DNA of 64,000 nt, taken from contig JBOEGD010000005.1 in assembly GCA_050633245.1 (NCBI GenBank), positions 1-64,000 of the forward strand, written 5' to 3'. The translations under genes and the position numbers were made by a program. Shown here piece after piece: positions 56,241-64,000 of the stretch; positions within the stretch are counted from its first letter, which is position 1, and each line of letters starts with the position of its first letter. Below the pieces are notes generated by a model. It made no database searches. It had not been told where the DNA came from and was given only the letters and a program-made list of their open reading frames with translations. This DNA comes from Calditrichia bacterium (GTDB taxonomy: Bacteria; Calditrichota; Calditrichia; RBG-13-44-9; J075).

Positions 56241-56579
56241 TTAGCGATTAAGCATGTTCCTTTCTTGCGAAAGCTGAAGAGTTTCTACGATTTCCATCGA
56301 TGCCAACTCCGAAATGGCATTCGCAGAACCGCTGGCTGTCATGATAGAGCCAGCCATGGTTTCCACCGTAACACCCATCCTTTGCATTGCTTCTTTTAGT
56401 TCCGTAGCCGGTGCTTCACTGAGCTTGGCCAGAACCTGAATTTTGGTGTCGCTATTACTTTCAGATAATTCATTGATACGCTTTTGAAGCGCAGAGTCCA
56501 TTTTAGGATAGCCTGCCATATTTTGACTTCCGCAAGATGCGAATGCCAGAAAAGCAGCTATTAGCAGCAGTAGCTTCAT
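56241..56579 (-). CDS. Small lipoprotein resembling a standalone subtilase propeptide (I9-like)
   Basis: Lipobox FASC; aligns by eye with the prodomain of the adjacent S8 peptidase. Confidence 0.65.
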   Translation of the reverse strand: MKLLLLIAAFLAFASCGSQNMAGYPKMDSALQKRINELSESNSDTKIQVLAKLSEAPATELKEAMQRMGVTVETMAGSIMTASGSANAISELASMEIVETLQLSQERNMLNR

Positions 56580-56929
56580 TTTTCCCCCTGATGTTATGTG
56601 AATGTGCTATCATATACGGCATGTTGATGTGTCTTTTCAACAATTTATGCTTTTATTCTATTCTTGTCTTTGTCCGTCAGCACTCTTTGGGCTAAGAACG
56701 ATTCGACTTTTTATTGCTCTCATCAGGGCAAAAACTGGGTTATTTGCTTTAATCTTAAGGCAAAGTAAATTAATACAACTCGGATTTCGGAGAGATGTCT
56801 TGCAAATAACTTACTTGAAATGAATATTTTTTATTCTTAGATTCAGCGGATTCATTAATCTCGATTCAATTCTTTAGAAAATCATCAGGTACTAATTTAT
56901 TATTAGTCTAATATCTTTTCGGAGGTTCT

Positions 56930-57586
56930 ATGAAAACATGGATTTACATGTTTGTGGTTACTGCAATGGCATTAATGCTTACCAATTGTGGTGAAGATGC
57001 AATGTCACCCGAACCCAACCAAAGCCCGACAATTACATCAGTTACTGCCGCTCTTTTAACCCTCTCACCGGGACAAACAACTACCGTTACAGTTGCGGCA
57101 AGTGACCCGGATGGTGATAACCTAAGCTATTCCTACACGGCTACAGGTGGGACGGTAGTTGGAAATACCAATTCTGCTACATTCACTGCCGGACCAAATG
57201 CCGGTAATGCGTCGGTAACCGTTTTGGTTAGTGACGGACAGGGCGGTAGCGTTAATGGTTCTGTTTCCTTAAATATTGCTCAATTGGCTCCAACGGTAAA
57301 TATTTCTGCGCAGTCCGTACCGGCAGGTGGTGGTGGAGAGTGTCTTTTGTTCACGGGTGTTCCTCAGGAAGAACTGGTTTTTAACAGCGTTAAAATTACC
57401 AATCCGATCAGTGAGTTTGTAACTTTTAATATTGGTGGTGTTACTGTTGTTGCCAACCAGCCGGTAGATTTGCAGGCTGCAGGTTCATGTTATACGAAGC
57501 GTAGCGGTGTGTATACCTTTGAGTTTACCGGAACTCGCCCTGGTGGCGGCGCGTTTACAGCGACTTCCAGCTATACTCAGCAGTAG
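56930..57586 (+). CDS. Lipoprotein with Ig-like (PKD/Big) domain
   Basis: Lipobox LTNC; NQ.P.I.......A.DPDGD.LSY.Y....V.VSDG.GG; GGAGG RBS. Confidence 0.8.
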   Translation: MKTWIYMFVVTAMALMLTNCGEDAMSPEPNQSPTITSVTAALLTLSPGQTTTVTVAASDPDGDNLSYSYTATGGTVVGNTNSATFTAGPNAGNASVTVLVSDGQGGSVNGSVSLNIAQLAPTVNISAQSVPAGGGGECLLFTGVPQEELVFNSVKITNPISEFVTFNIGGVTVVANQPVDLQAAGSCYTKRSGVYTFEFTGTRPGGGAFTATSSYTQQ

Positions 57587-57644
57587 GTAGTGCAAGCTGC
57601 GAAGCTGTTTGGAAACGATTGGCTTGTTAAATATCAATTTATCG

Positions 57645-57684
57645 AAGAGTCCTCATTGATAATATCTATGAGGACTCTTTTTTT
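57645..57684 (+). terminator. Intrinsic terminator
   Basis: AAGAGTCCTCAT...ATGAGGACTCTT followed by TTTTT. Confidence 0.8.
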
Positions 57685-57755
57685 ACTTTTTTCTATGTGA
57701 GAATTGACATTTGATAAAGGGATTTGAGTAACTCCTTTGCATTTTATGGTGGGAG

Positions 57756-58364
57756 TTACTTCTCGTTTGAGCCTAATCGTGTATCGGCTTCTGTTAAATT
57801 GCGCAGGTGGGCAACGATTTGTCCAAGCTCTTCCTCATCTAACTCGGTTACAGCTGTTTGATAAACAGCTTGGCCGTCGTCACTAAATAGAATGATATTG
57901 CAGGATTTTTCAACCTGCTGATACGTCTTTGCAAACTCCCCTTTCCAATCCAATAAAATCCAAACTGCCGGATCTTTGGGAAAAAAGCGCTTTACGATTC
58001 CCCGCACAAAGAACGGTACTTTACGCATATCTGCAACGGGCAGAAAACGCACTTTTTCCGTATCATCACCAAGCGAATCCAAAATAGCCATAGACCAACG
58101 CTCATTGTAGTCGCTTCCCTTTTTGTCGCTAAGAACAGCAATCAGCACTTGCCCCTCAAAATCCTGATGTGTATAGGTGCTGTCAAACTGATCGTTTAGT
58201 TTGAACGGGATAAGTTGATCCTGGCCCAATGCCGGTGCGGTTAGCAAAAACGTACCGCTTAAAAGAAAAATTTGCAGAAAAAAGGTAAATTTTACACAGT
58301 TCATTTGGTATTTTCCGTATTTTTTAAGCACAATCAGCATAATGCAATTTTGCTTCCATGACAA
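57756..58364 (-). CDS. Exported thioredoxin-fold protein (YtfJ/ATP10-like); start uncertain (possibly 58304)
   Basis: F.L.DQFD......F.G...I....D..GS....W...VAD...VP.F.R......ILLDW.G. Confidence 0.6.
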   Translation of the reverse strand: MSWKQNCIMLIVLKKYGKYQMNCVKFTFFLQIFLLSGTFLLTAPALGQDQLIPFKLNDQFDSTYTHQDFEGQVLIAVLSDKKGSDYNERWSMAILDSLGDDTEKVRFLPVADMRKVPFFVRGIVKRFFPKDPAVWILLDWKGEFAKTYQQVEKSCNIILFSDDGQAVYQTAVTELDEEELGQIVAHLRNLTEADTRLGSNEK

Positions 58365-58452
58365 TGTATATCGTCATGACTTTGCATATGTTCCGCGAAT
58401 TTACGAAGTTCGTTTATAACAAATCCACTATGTTTTTATTTCTGGAGTTGGT

Positions 58453-59733
58453 GTGACTAAGCGGGAAACCATTTCAGTTTCGGGAAGCGATGTTCGTCAG
58501 CGCAATATTTTTATTGCCGGCGCGCGCGCAAAGAAACCACTTGTTCCTATCGATATGGCAGAGCTTGCAGACGCTGCACGTAAGAAGTTGCCATTACCGG
58601 CGTTCGCTTATATTGCCGGTGGCGCTGGCAATGAAGAGACGATGTTGGCGAATCGGGAAGGTTTTTCTCGTTGGCGAATTGTTCCACGCATGCTCCGCGA
58701 TGTTTCCCAACGTGATACATCTATTGAGCTATTCGGTAAGCGCTTGCCTTCCCCGCTGTTGTTTTCCCCCATTGGCGTCCTTGAACTGGCTCATCAAGAG
58801 GCTGATGTGGCTGTTGCCAAAGCAGCCGCAGAAGAAGGTGTCCCGATGATTTTCTCAAATCAGGCAAGCCGCTCAATGGAAGACTGTGCAGATGCGATGG
58901 GGAATGCCGATCGTTGGTTTCAGCTGTATTGGAGCAAGTCGGATGACCTGGTTCGCAGCCTTGTAAAGCGTGCGGAGAACTGTGGTTGTAAGGCAATTGT
59001 TGTTACGCTCGATACCATGTTGCTCGGCTGGCGAACTCGCGATCTGGATTTGGCCTACCTGCCTTTTTTGCAGGGCAAAGGTATTGCCCAGTATACCAGC
59101 GATCCTGTTTTTTTGAAAATGCTGGATGAACCTATGGAAACATCGGCAGCAGGCCCGATTAATTTGGCTGCCATAAAAACGCTGTTGCAAATGACACGAG
59201 CATTTCCCGGCGGATTTTTGGAAAACTTGCGTTCGGGTAAACCGCGTGCTGCAGTTCAAAAGTTTATTCAAATCTTTGCCCGCCCCTCACTTACCTGGGA
59301 AAACCTGGCCTTTCTCCGAGACATTACCGGGCTACCGATTTTACTTAAGGGCATTCTTCATCAGGGTGATGCGCGGCGAGCTTTAGAATATGGGATTGAC
59401 GGAATTATTGTCTCGAACCATGGTGGTCGGCAGATCGATGGCTCAATCTCGTCCATTGCAGCACTGCCGGGTGTTGTGGATGCGGTGGATGGGAAAATTC
59501 CAGTAATTTTTGATAGCGGTGTTCGTGGCGGAGCAGATATATTCAAAGCTCTTGCTCTCGGTGCTACCGGAGTATGTATTGGAAGACCGTATGTGTATGG
59601 GCTCGCACTTGCAGGCTCAGCCGGAGTTGCAGAAGTTATACAAAATCTTAAAGCAGATTTTGAAATAACCATGGCCTTAAGCGGTTGTCGAAATACGTCT
59701 GAGATTGTGCGGGAGTGTTTGGTTGAGCAGTAA
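58453..59733 (+). CDS. FMN-dependent alpha-hydroxy acid oxidase / lactate 2-monooxygenase
   Basis: Y..GGAG.E.T...N, PR.LRD, WFQLYW, LKGI, SNHGGRQ.DG, DSGVR.G.D..KALALGA, GRP. Confidence 0.92.
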   Translation: MTKRETISVSGSDVRQRNIFIAGARAKKPLVPIDMAELADAARKKLPLPAFAYIAGGAGNEETMLANREGFSRWRIVPRMLRDVSQRDTSIELFGKRLPSPLLFSPIGVLELAHQEADVAVAKAAAEEGVPMIFSNQASRSMEDCADAMGNADRWFQLYWSKSDDLVRSLVKRAENCGCKAIVVTLDTMLLGWRTRDLDLAYLPFLQGKGIAQYTSDPVFLKMLDEPMETSAAGPINLAAIKTLLQMTRAFPGGFLENLRSGKPRAAVQKFIQIFARPSLTWENLAFLRDITGLPILLKGILHQGDARRALEYGIDGIIVSNHGGRQIDGSISSIAALPGVVDAVDGKIPVIFDSGVRGGADIFKALALGATGVCIGRPYVYGLALAGSAGVAEVIQNLKADFEITMALSGCRNTSEIVRECLVEQ

Positions 59734-59853
59734 GGCAGTGAGTGAGCCCATAACTTTAGTCGTGGGTGAACAGGTTAGGTGTCAAGTGCCCGATTAGCGA
59801 AACGCCCAATAAACACCACAGTTGCCCCCATTTATACTATCACTCATCATGCA

Positions 59854-60927
59854 TCAATTCACTGGCGGCATTGTCTCGATTAAAATACGTTGTGTTTGAT
59901 TCGTCGTCAGTGCGCTCATACTGCGGGTATAGTCGCTCGACAGAACCCATCCCCCGTTTAGATCTATTTCTATGTTTGCTCGATCGGAAATGTTGAAGCT
60001 GGGCAGCTCTTCTAAATCCAATGGTTTGCCGGTGCTCATAGTAAGCTGCTTCAAAAATGTAACGACAAAATTTCTGGCTTCCTCCGGATCGACATCTTGC
60101 CCCCAATTGATTTTTGCTCGATTTGCCGTTTGATCATAGTCCACCAAGACAATAAATCCATACCCCTTCATGGGGTCTCCACCGAGAAAGTTGGGTAAAG
60201 TAGTTTCAAAGCGGATGGTGTCTCCAATAGCAAAGACGCCGCCACTGGCAATGTGCATTAAAGTAAGTGGTTCTGATAATTCAGAGCGAATAAATTCTGG
60301 CGATATCATTTTGCTCATTAAAGCACGAAAGGTCTTTTTTTCCTTGGCAGTCTTAAATTCCTTACTCGCATTGGCTGCAAGCCTGTCGACCAAAAGCTCG
60401 ATACTGCTTATAAGTTCATCGGAATTTAGCAAGCGAAGTGGGCTGCCAGTGCTATCGACCTGAAAAAGTATGCTTTCGTGCTGGACCAGATTTCCCAGCT
60501 TACTTACTCGTTTTGAAATGGCTCCCGGTGAGTTGGAGTCTGTGTTGCGATAAACCCATTCCATCACATATCCTTCAGCGTTGCCTTCTTTTATCAGAAC
60601 GTCTATGTTTGAAACGCTATTTTCATCGGTTTTTATCTTTCCGGCATCGGTCTTTTTACGCTCTTCGGTAATTCGAATCGTATACTTCTGTCCCTGCGTA
60701 CGTTTGAACGGGAGAGCGAATACTTCTTTAACCTCATTTGTGCTACTGTCAATTATGGAGTCTACTCTGGGAAAGCTGTCATTCGCTTTTACTGTATGTG
60801 TAAGACTGTCTGCTTGCGCACCAAACAGATCCGAAATGTCGGTTGCGACACGTCTTTCAGAATTTGCGGGATTGCAGCCGCACAGAATCAAATAGCTGAA
60901 AAAGCAAAGAACACGAGAGAAAGTCAT
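59854..60927 (-). CDS. Hypothetical lipoprotein
   Basis: Long ORF; lipobox ILCGC if started at ATG 60927. Confidence 0.6.
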   Translation of the reverse strand: MTFSRVLCFFSYLILCGCNPANSERRVATDISDLFGAQADSLTHTVKANDSFPRVDSIIDSSTNEVKEVFALPFKRTQGQKYTIRITEERKKTDAGKIKTDENSVSNIDVLIKEGNAEGYVMEWVYRNTDSNSPGAISKRVSKLGNLVQHESILFQVDSTGSPLRLLNSDELISSIELLVDRLAANASKEFKTAKEKKTFRALMSKMISPEFIRSELSEPLTLMHIASGGVFAIGDTIRFETTLPNFLGGDPMKGYGFIVLVDYDQTANRAKINWGQDVDPEEARNFVVTFLKQLTMSTGKPLDLEELPSFNISDRANIEIDLNGGWVLSSDYTRSMSALTTNQTQRILIETMPPVN

Positions 60928-61001
60928 TAATAAGGTCCCGAGGTTAAAAAGGAATTGGAATAAACATAGCATCTAAGAAGTAGATTTGCAATTCGGGGCA
61001 T

Positions 61002-61034
61002 AAAAAAAGCTCCCCGCATAATTGCAGGGAGCTT
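61002..61034 (-). terminator. Intrinsic terminator of the OmpA gene
   Basis: AAAAAAAGCTCCC-GCA...TGC-AGGGAGCTT. Confidence 0.75.
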
Positions 61035-61055
61035 AAAAGCCAAAGCAGATAAAGA

Positions 61056-61721
61056 TTAGTTGTTGGTTGCTTTCTCAGCAGCCTTCTTCAGATCTTCATT
61101 TGCAAAAATAGCAACTTCTACGCGACGGTTAGTTGCGCGGCCAGCGTCAGTGCTATTGTCAGCAACTGGCTGAGCTTCGCCAAAACCATTAACGGTAAAG
61201 CGACTTGCGTCTACTTCAAGAGCGGACAGATAGCCATATACAGACTCAGCACGCTTCTTGGAAAGCTCAAGATTGTACTCTTCACGACCTGTGTCGTCAG
61301 TGTGACCTTCAAGAACGATGTTAGTGTCCGGATACTTCTGCAGAATTGTCGCCATATTCGTCAAGTTGTCCTTGCTGGCCTGCTTCAGATTCGAGCTGTT
61401 TACGTCGAACAGTAAACCGGAGTCAAAAGTAATTTTGATACCTTCGCCAACACGTTCGATTTTAGCACCTTCGATATCGCGCTGCATCTCTTCAGACTGC
61501 TTGTCCATGTAGTTACCGATATATGCACCAGCGGAACCACCAACAGCAGCACCAACAATTGCACCAACTGCAGTGTTACCGGCAGCTTTACCAATAAGAC
61601 CACCAATTACAGCTCCGGCAGTACCACCGATACCGGCACCTTTTTTGGTGTTGCTCATATTACAGCCAACGCTTAGCATCAGCAATGAGGTAGCCATTAC
61701 AGCAATAAGAATCTTCTTCAT
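61056..61721 (-). CDS. OmpA-family lipoprotein with glycine zipper (YiaD-like)
   Basis: Lipobox SVGC; GA.IGG..GA.IG zipper; EGHTD.TG...YN..LS.KRA, G.GE..P...N....GR..NRRVE. Confidence 0.93.
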   Translation of the reverse strand: MKKILIAVMATSLLMLSVGCNMSNTKKGAGIGGTAGAVIGGLIGKAAGNTAVGAIVGAAVGGSAGAYIGNYMDKQSEEMQRDIEGAKIERVGEGIKITFDSGLLFDVNSSNLKQASKDNLTNMATILQKYPDTNIVLEGHTDDTGREEYNLELSKKRAESVYGYLSALEVDASRFTVNGFGEAQPVADNSTDAGRATNRRVEVAIFANEDLKKAAEKATNN

Positions 61722-62107
61722 TATACATCCTCCTTAAGAATGAATTAATTATCAAATAATAATTAGTAAATATGCTCTATTGAAATTGACCAGAATTCTG
61801 GCCGATTAAAATGTCTTAACAATGCATACTTTACTGAAAGTTGATGAACCGAACGCATAATATGGTGAAAAATGCTGCGACAATAAACCAAAAAAATAAA
61901 AATCTTGCATTCATATATCTGCGTTTTTTGTTCCGGTTTTTTAGACTGACAGGTTGTTAAAAAGTCACTTATGTTCAAAAACAAAGCGATTGCAAAAACT
62001 GTAAGGGAAAAATATATTGCTTTGGGTTGCGACCAATAGTGTTCGACCCTGTCTGAAAAGACAAATGATAGTATACTACATCTTTTAGCTGCAGGCGGAA
62101 TTTACAT

Positions 62108-64000
62108 ATGAGCGTTTTCGAAAAACTTGGGCAGTTTTATCTCGGTAAAGTCTACGATAGTAAAAAAGAAGAAACGACCGATAACTATTTATTGTACGAT
62201 TCGAAAGATCTTGTCACACATGCGATGTGTGTCGGAATGACCGGAAGTGGCAAGACCGGGCTATGTATCGGTTTACTGGAAGAAGCCGCAATTGATAATA
62301 TTCCTGCTATTATTATTGATCCCAAAGGCGATATGGGAAATCTGTTACTCGGTTTTCCGGGGCTTAGCAAGAAAGAGTTTTTGCCTTGGGTGAACCCGGA
62401 TGAAGCCTCTCAGAAAAATTTATCCACTGAAGAGTTTGCAGATAAACAAGCTGCGCTTTGGAAGAAAGGACTTGCCGGTTGGGGGCAAGACGGTAAACGG
62501 ATAAAGAAGCTGCACGATACAGCAGAATTTACAATCTACACTCCTGGAAGTAGTGCCGGATTACCCGTTTCTATTGTGCGGTCTTTTGCTGCGCCATCCG
62601 CCCAGGATCTGGGCGATATGGATTTGTTGCGCGATCGGGTGCAAACTACCGCGTCTGGATTGCTGCAATTATTGGGAATAAAGGGCGATCCGCTTCAAAG
62701 CCGTGAGCATATCTTATTGGCATCGATTATCGAGACGTCCTGGCTGGCGGGAAAAGATCTCGGACTCGCGGATATTATCCAGATGATTCAAAATCCACCA
62801 ATGAAGCAAATCGGTGTTTTTGACATAGAGTCTTTTTATCCGTCCAAAGAACGTTTTAAACTCGCGATGACGCTCAACAACTTGCTTGCCGCGCCAGGGT
62901 TTAAGCCCTGGATGGAAGGAGAAGCATTAGAAATAGACAGCATGCTGTTTTCTCCTGAAGGTAAACCTAAAATAAGCATCTTTTCGATTGCGCACTTGTC
63001 CGATTCCGAACGCATGTTTTTTGTAACGCTGTTGTTGAATCAATTACTTGGATGGATGCGTCGTCAATCTGGTACTACAAGTTTGCGCGCATTACTTTAT
63101 ATGGATGAGGTGTTTGGCTACTTACCGCCGATTGGCGAGCCACCATCAAAAAAACCGCTACTTACATTGTTGAAGCAGGCTCGAGCATTTGGATTAGGCG
63201 TGGTGCTTTCTACTCAGAATCCGGTTGACCTCGATTACAAAGGCTTGTCCAATATGGGAACCTGGTTTATCGGGCGCCTTCAGTCTGAAAATGATAAAAA
63301 TCGATTAATTGAGGGACTTACCAGTGCCCGCGGAAGCGGTTTGGACAAAAAGACCCTTATGTCGCTGATTTCTAATCTGCAAAAGCGAGTCTTTCTAATG
63401 AACAATGTGCATGAGAAAGAACCGGTGTTGTTTAGCACCCGTTGGGTAATGTCCTATCTGCGTGGGCCGTTAACGCGTGACCATATTAAAGTGTTAATGG
63501 ACGATAAAAAAGCGAGTAAAGTGGAGAAGCCAAAGAAGAGCTCTGGCAAGGTAAAGAATGTTGCTGCCACTGCTTCAACTCCCGGGGGGCGCCCGAATTT
63601 ACCTCCGGACATCAATCAATATTTTTCGCCGATTTATAAGAGAATAACCGGAACTGTCACTTATCATCCCTATTTGTTTGCCGGTGGTGATGTTCACGTC
63701 ATGAATGCCCGCTACAATGTCTCGCAGAAAGGTGAGGTTGCGCATATCCTGGCTATCGGCGACGATGTTGGTCTGCCGGTTTGGGATGAGTCGGAGACGT
63801 TTACTTTCCATACCGACATTCTTCATACCGAACCGGAGCATGGCGCCTCCTATCTTGCGCCGGGCTCTGCGATTTTGAAAACAGCGACTTATAATAAGTT
63901 GGATAAACAATACGAGTCTTATGTATATCGTAACTATTCGCTACGCCTGTTTCAAAGTAAGTTGTTTAAGCTAACGTCTCAGCCTCATGAAACGGAAGGT
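62108..64000 (+). CDS. HerA/FtsK-like (DUF87) ATPase, runs off the window end
   Basis: Translated manually: MSVFEKLGQFYLGK...LVTHAMCVGMTGSGKTGL...IIDPKGD...LLYMDEVFGYLPP...KQARAFG.GVVLSTQNPVDLDYKGLSN. Confidence 0.88.
   Translation, partial: MSVFEKLGQFYLGKVYDSKKEETTDNYLLYDSKDLVTHAMCVGMTGSGKTGLCIGLLEEAAIDNIPAIIIDPKGDMGNLLLGFPGLSKKEFLPWVNPDEASQKNLSTEEFADKQAALWKKGLAGWGQDGKRIKKLHDTAEFTIYTPGSSAGLPVSIVRSFAAPSAQDLGDMDLLRDRVQTTASGLLQLLGIKGDPLQSREHILLASIIETSWLAGKDLGLADIIQMIQNPPMKQIGVFDIESFYPSKERFKLAMTLNNLLAAPGFKPWMEGEALEIDSMLFSPEGKPKISIFSIAHLSDSERMFFVTLLLNQLLGWMRRQSGTTSLRALLYMDEVFGYLPPIGEPPSKKPLLTLLKQARAFGLGVVLSTQNPVDLDYKGLSNMGTWFIGRLQSENDKNRLIEGLTSARGSGLDKKTLMSLISNLQKRVFLMNNVHEKEPVLFSTRWVMSYLRGPLTRDHIKVLMDDKKASKVEKPKKSSGKVKNVAATASTPGGRPNLPPDINQYFSPIYKRITGTVTYHPYLFAGGDVHVMNARYNVSQKGEVAHILAIGDDVGLPVWDESETFTFHTDILHTEPEHGASYLAPGSAILKTATYNKLDKQYESYVYRNYSLRLFQSKLFKLTSQPHETEG

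Noticed and set aside
63599-63910. 103-aa minus-strand ORF
   Set aside because: Antisense to the HerA-like ATPase reading frame

Overview
Bacterial chromosomal window with about 42 protein-coding genes. No rRNA, tRNA, CRISPR array, integrase or transposase was seen. Three secreted proteins end in an 'L.QNYPNPFNP.T...KM.L.K' sorting-type domain, which suggests (by inference) an FCB-group or Calditrichota/KSB1-like organism. Housekeeping and nutrient genes include ThpR, a TIGR01777 epimerase, TetR, a Na+/bile-acid symporter, an OprO/P porin, DPP-IV, EgtB, a subtilase, a lactate oxidase, OmpA and a HerA-like ATPase. Three accessory modules stand out. (1) 629-8349: a tightly coupled MoxR/vWA ternary conflict operon (DUF4062-iSTAND-like, MoxR, vWA, and a 1443-aa protein with five tandem TIR/DUF4062-like domains plus an FGE-sulfatase domain); its linkers contain in-frame GTAG-REP palindromes. 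(2) 23335-40577: an exported TPR-CHAT protease, an exported DUF928-like protein, a CHASE2-Ser/Thr kinase and a GAF sigma-54 activator. They are followed by two sigma-54-type promoters, one before a pseudo-receiver peptide and one before a 2825-aa secreted beta-propeller protein; this is a candidate protease-triggered transmembrane relay. (3) About 43600-50380: an island with a fused Ubl-E2, a fused JAB-E1 (Bub-like ubiquitination) and DUF2188, divergent from an ECF sigma, a small protein and an ImmA-IrrE protease. Also noted: an orphan contractile-tail tube gene, a standalone lipidated subtilase-propeptide homolog and a candidate structured ncRNA at 40998-41134. All family assignments come from motif recognition by eye, not from database searches.
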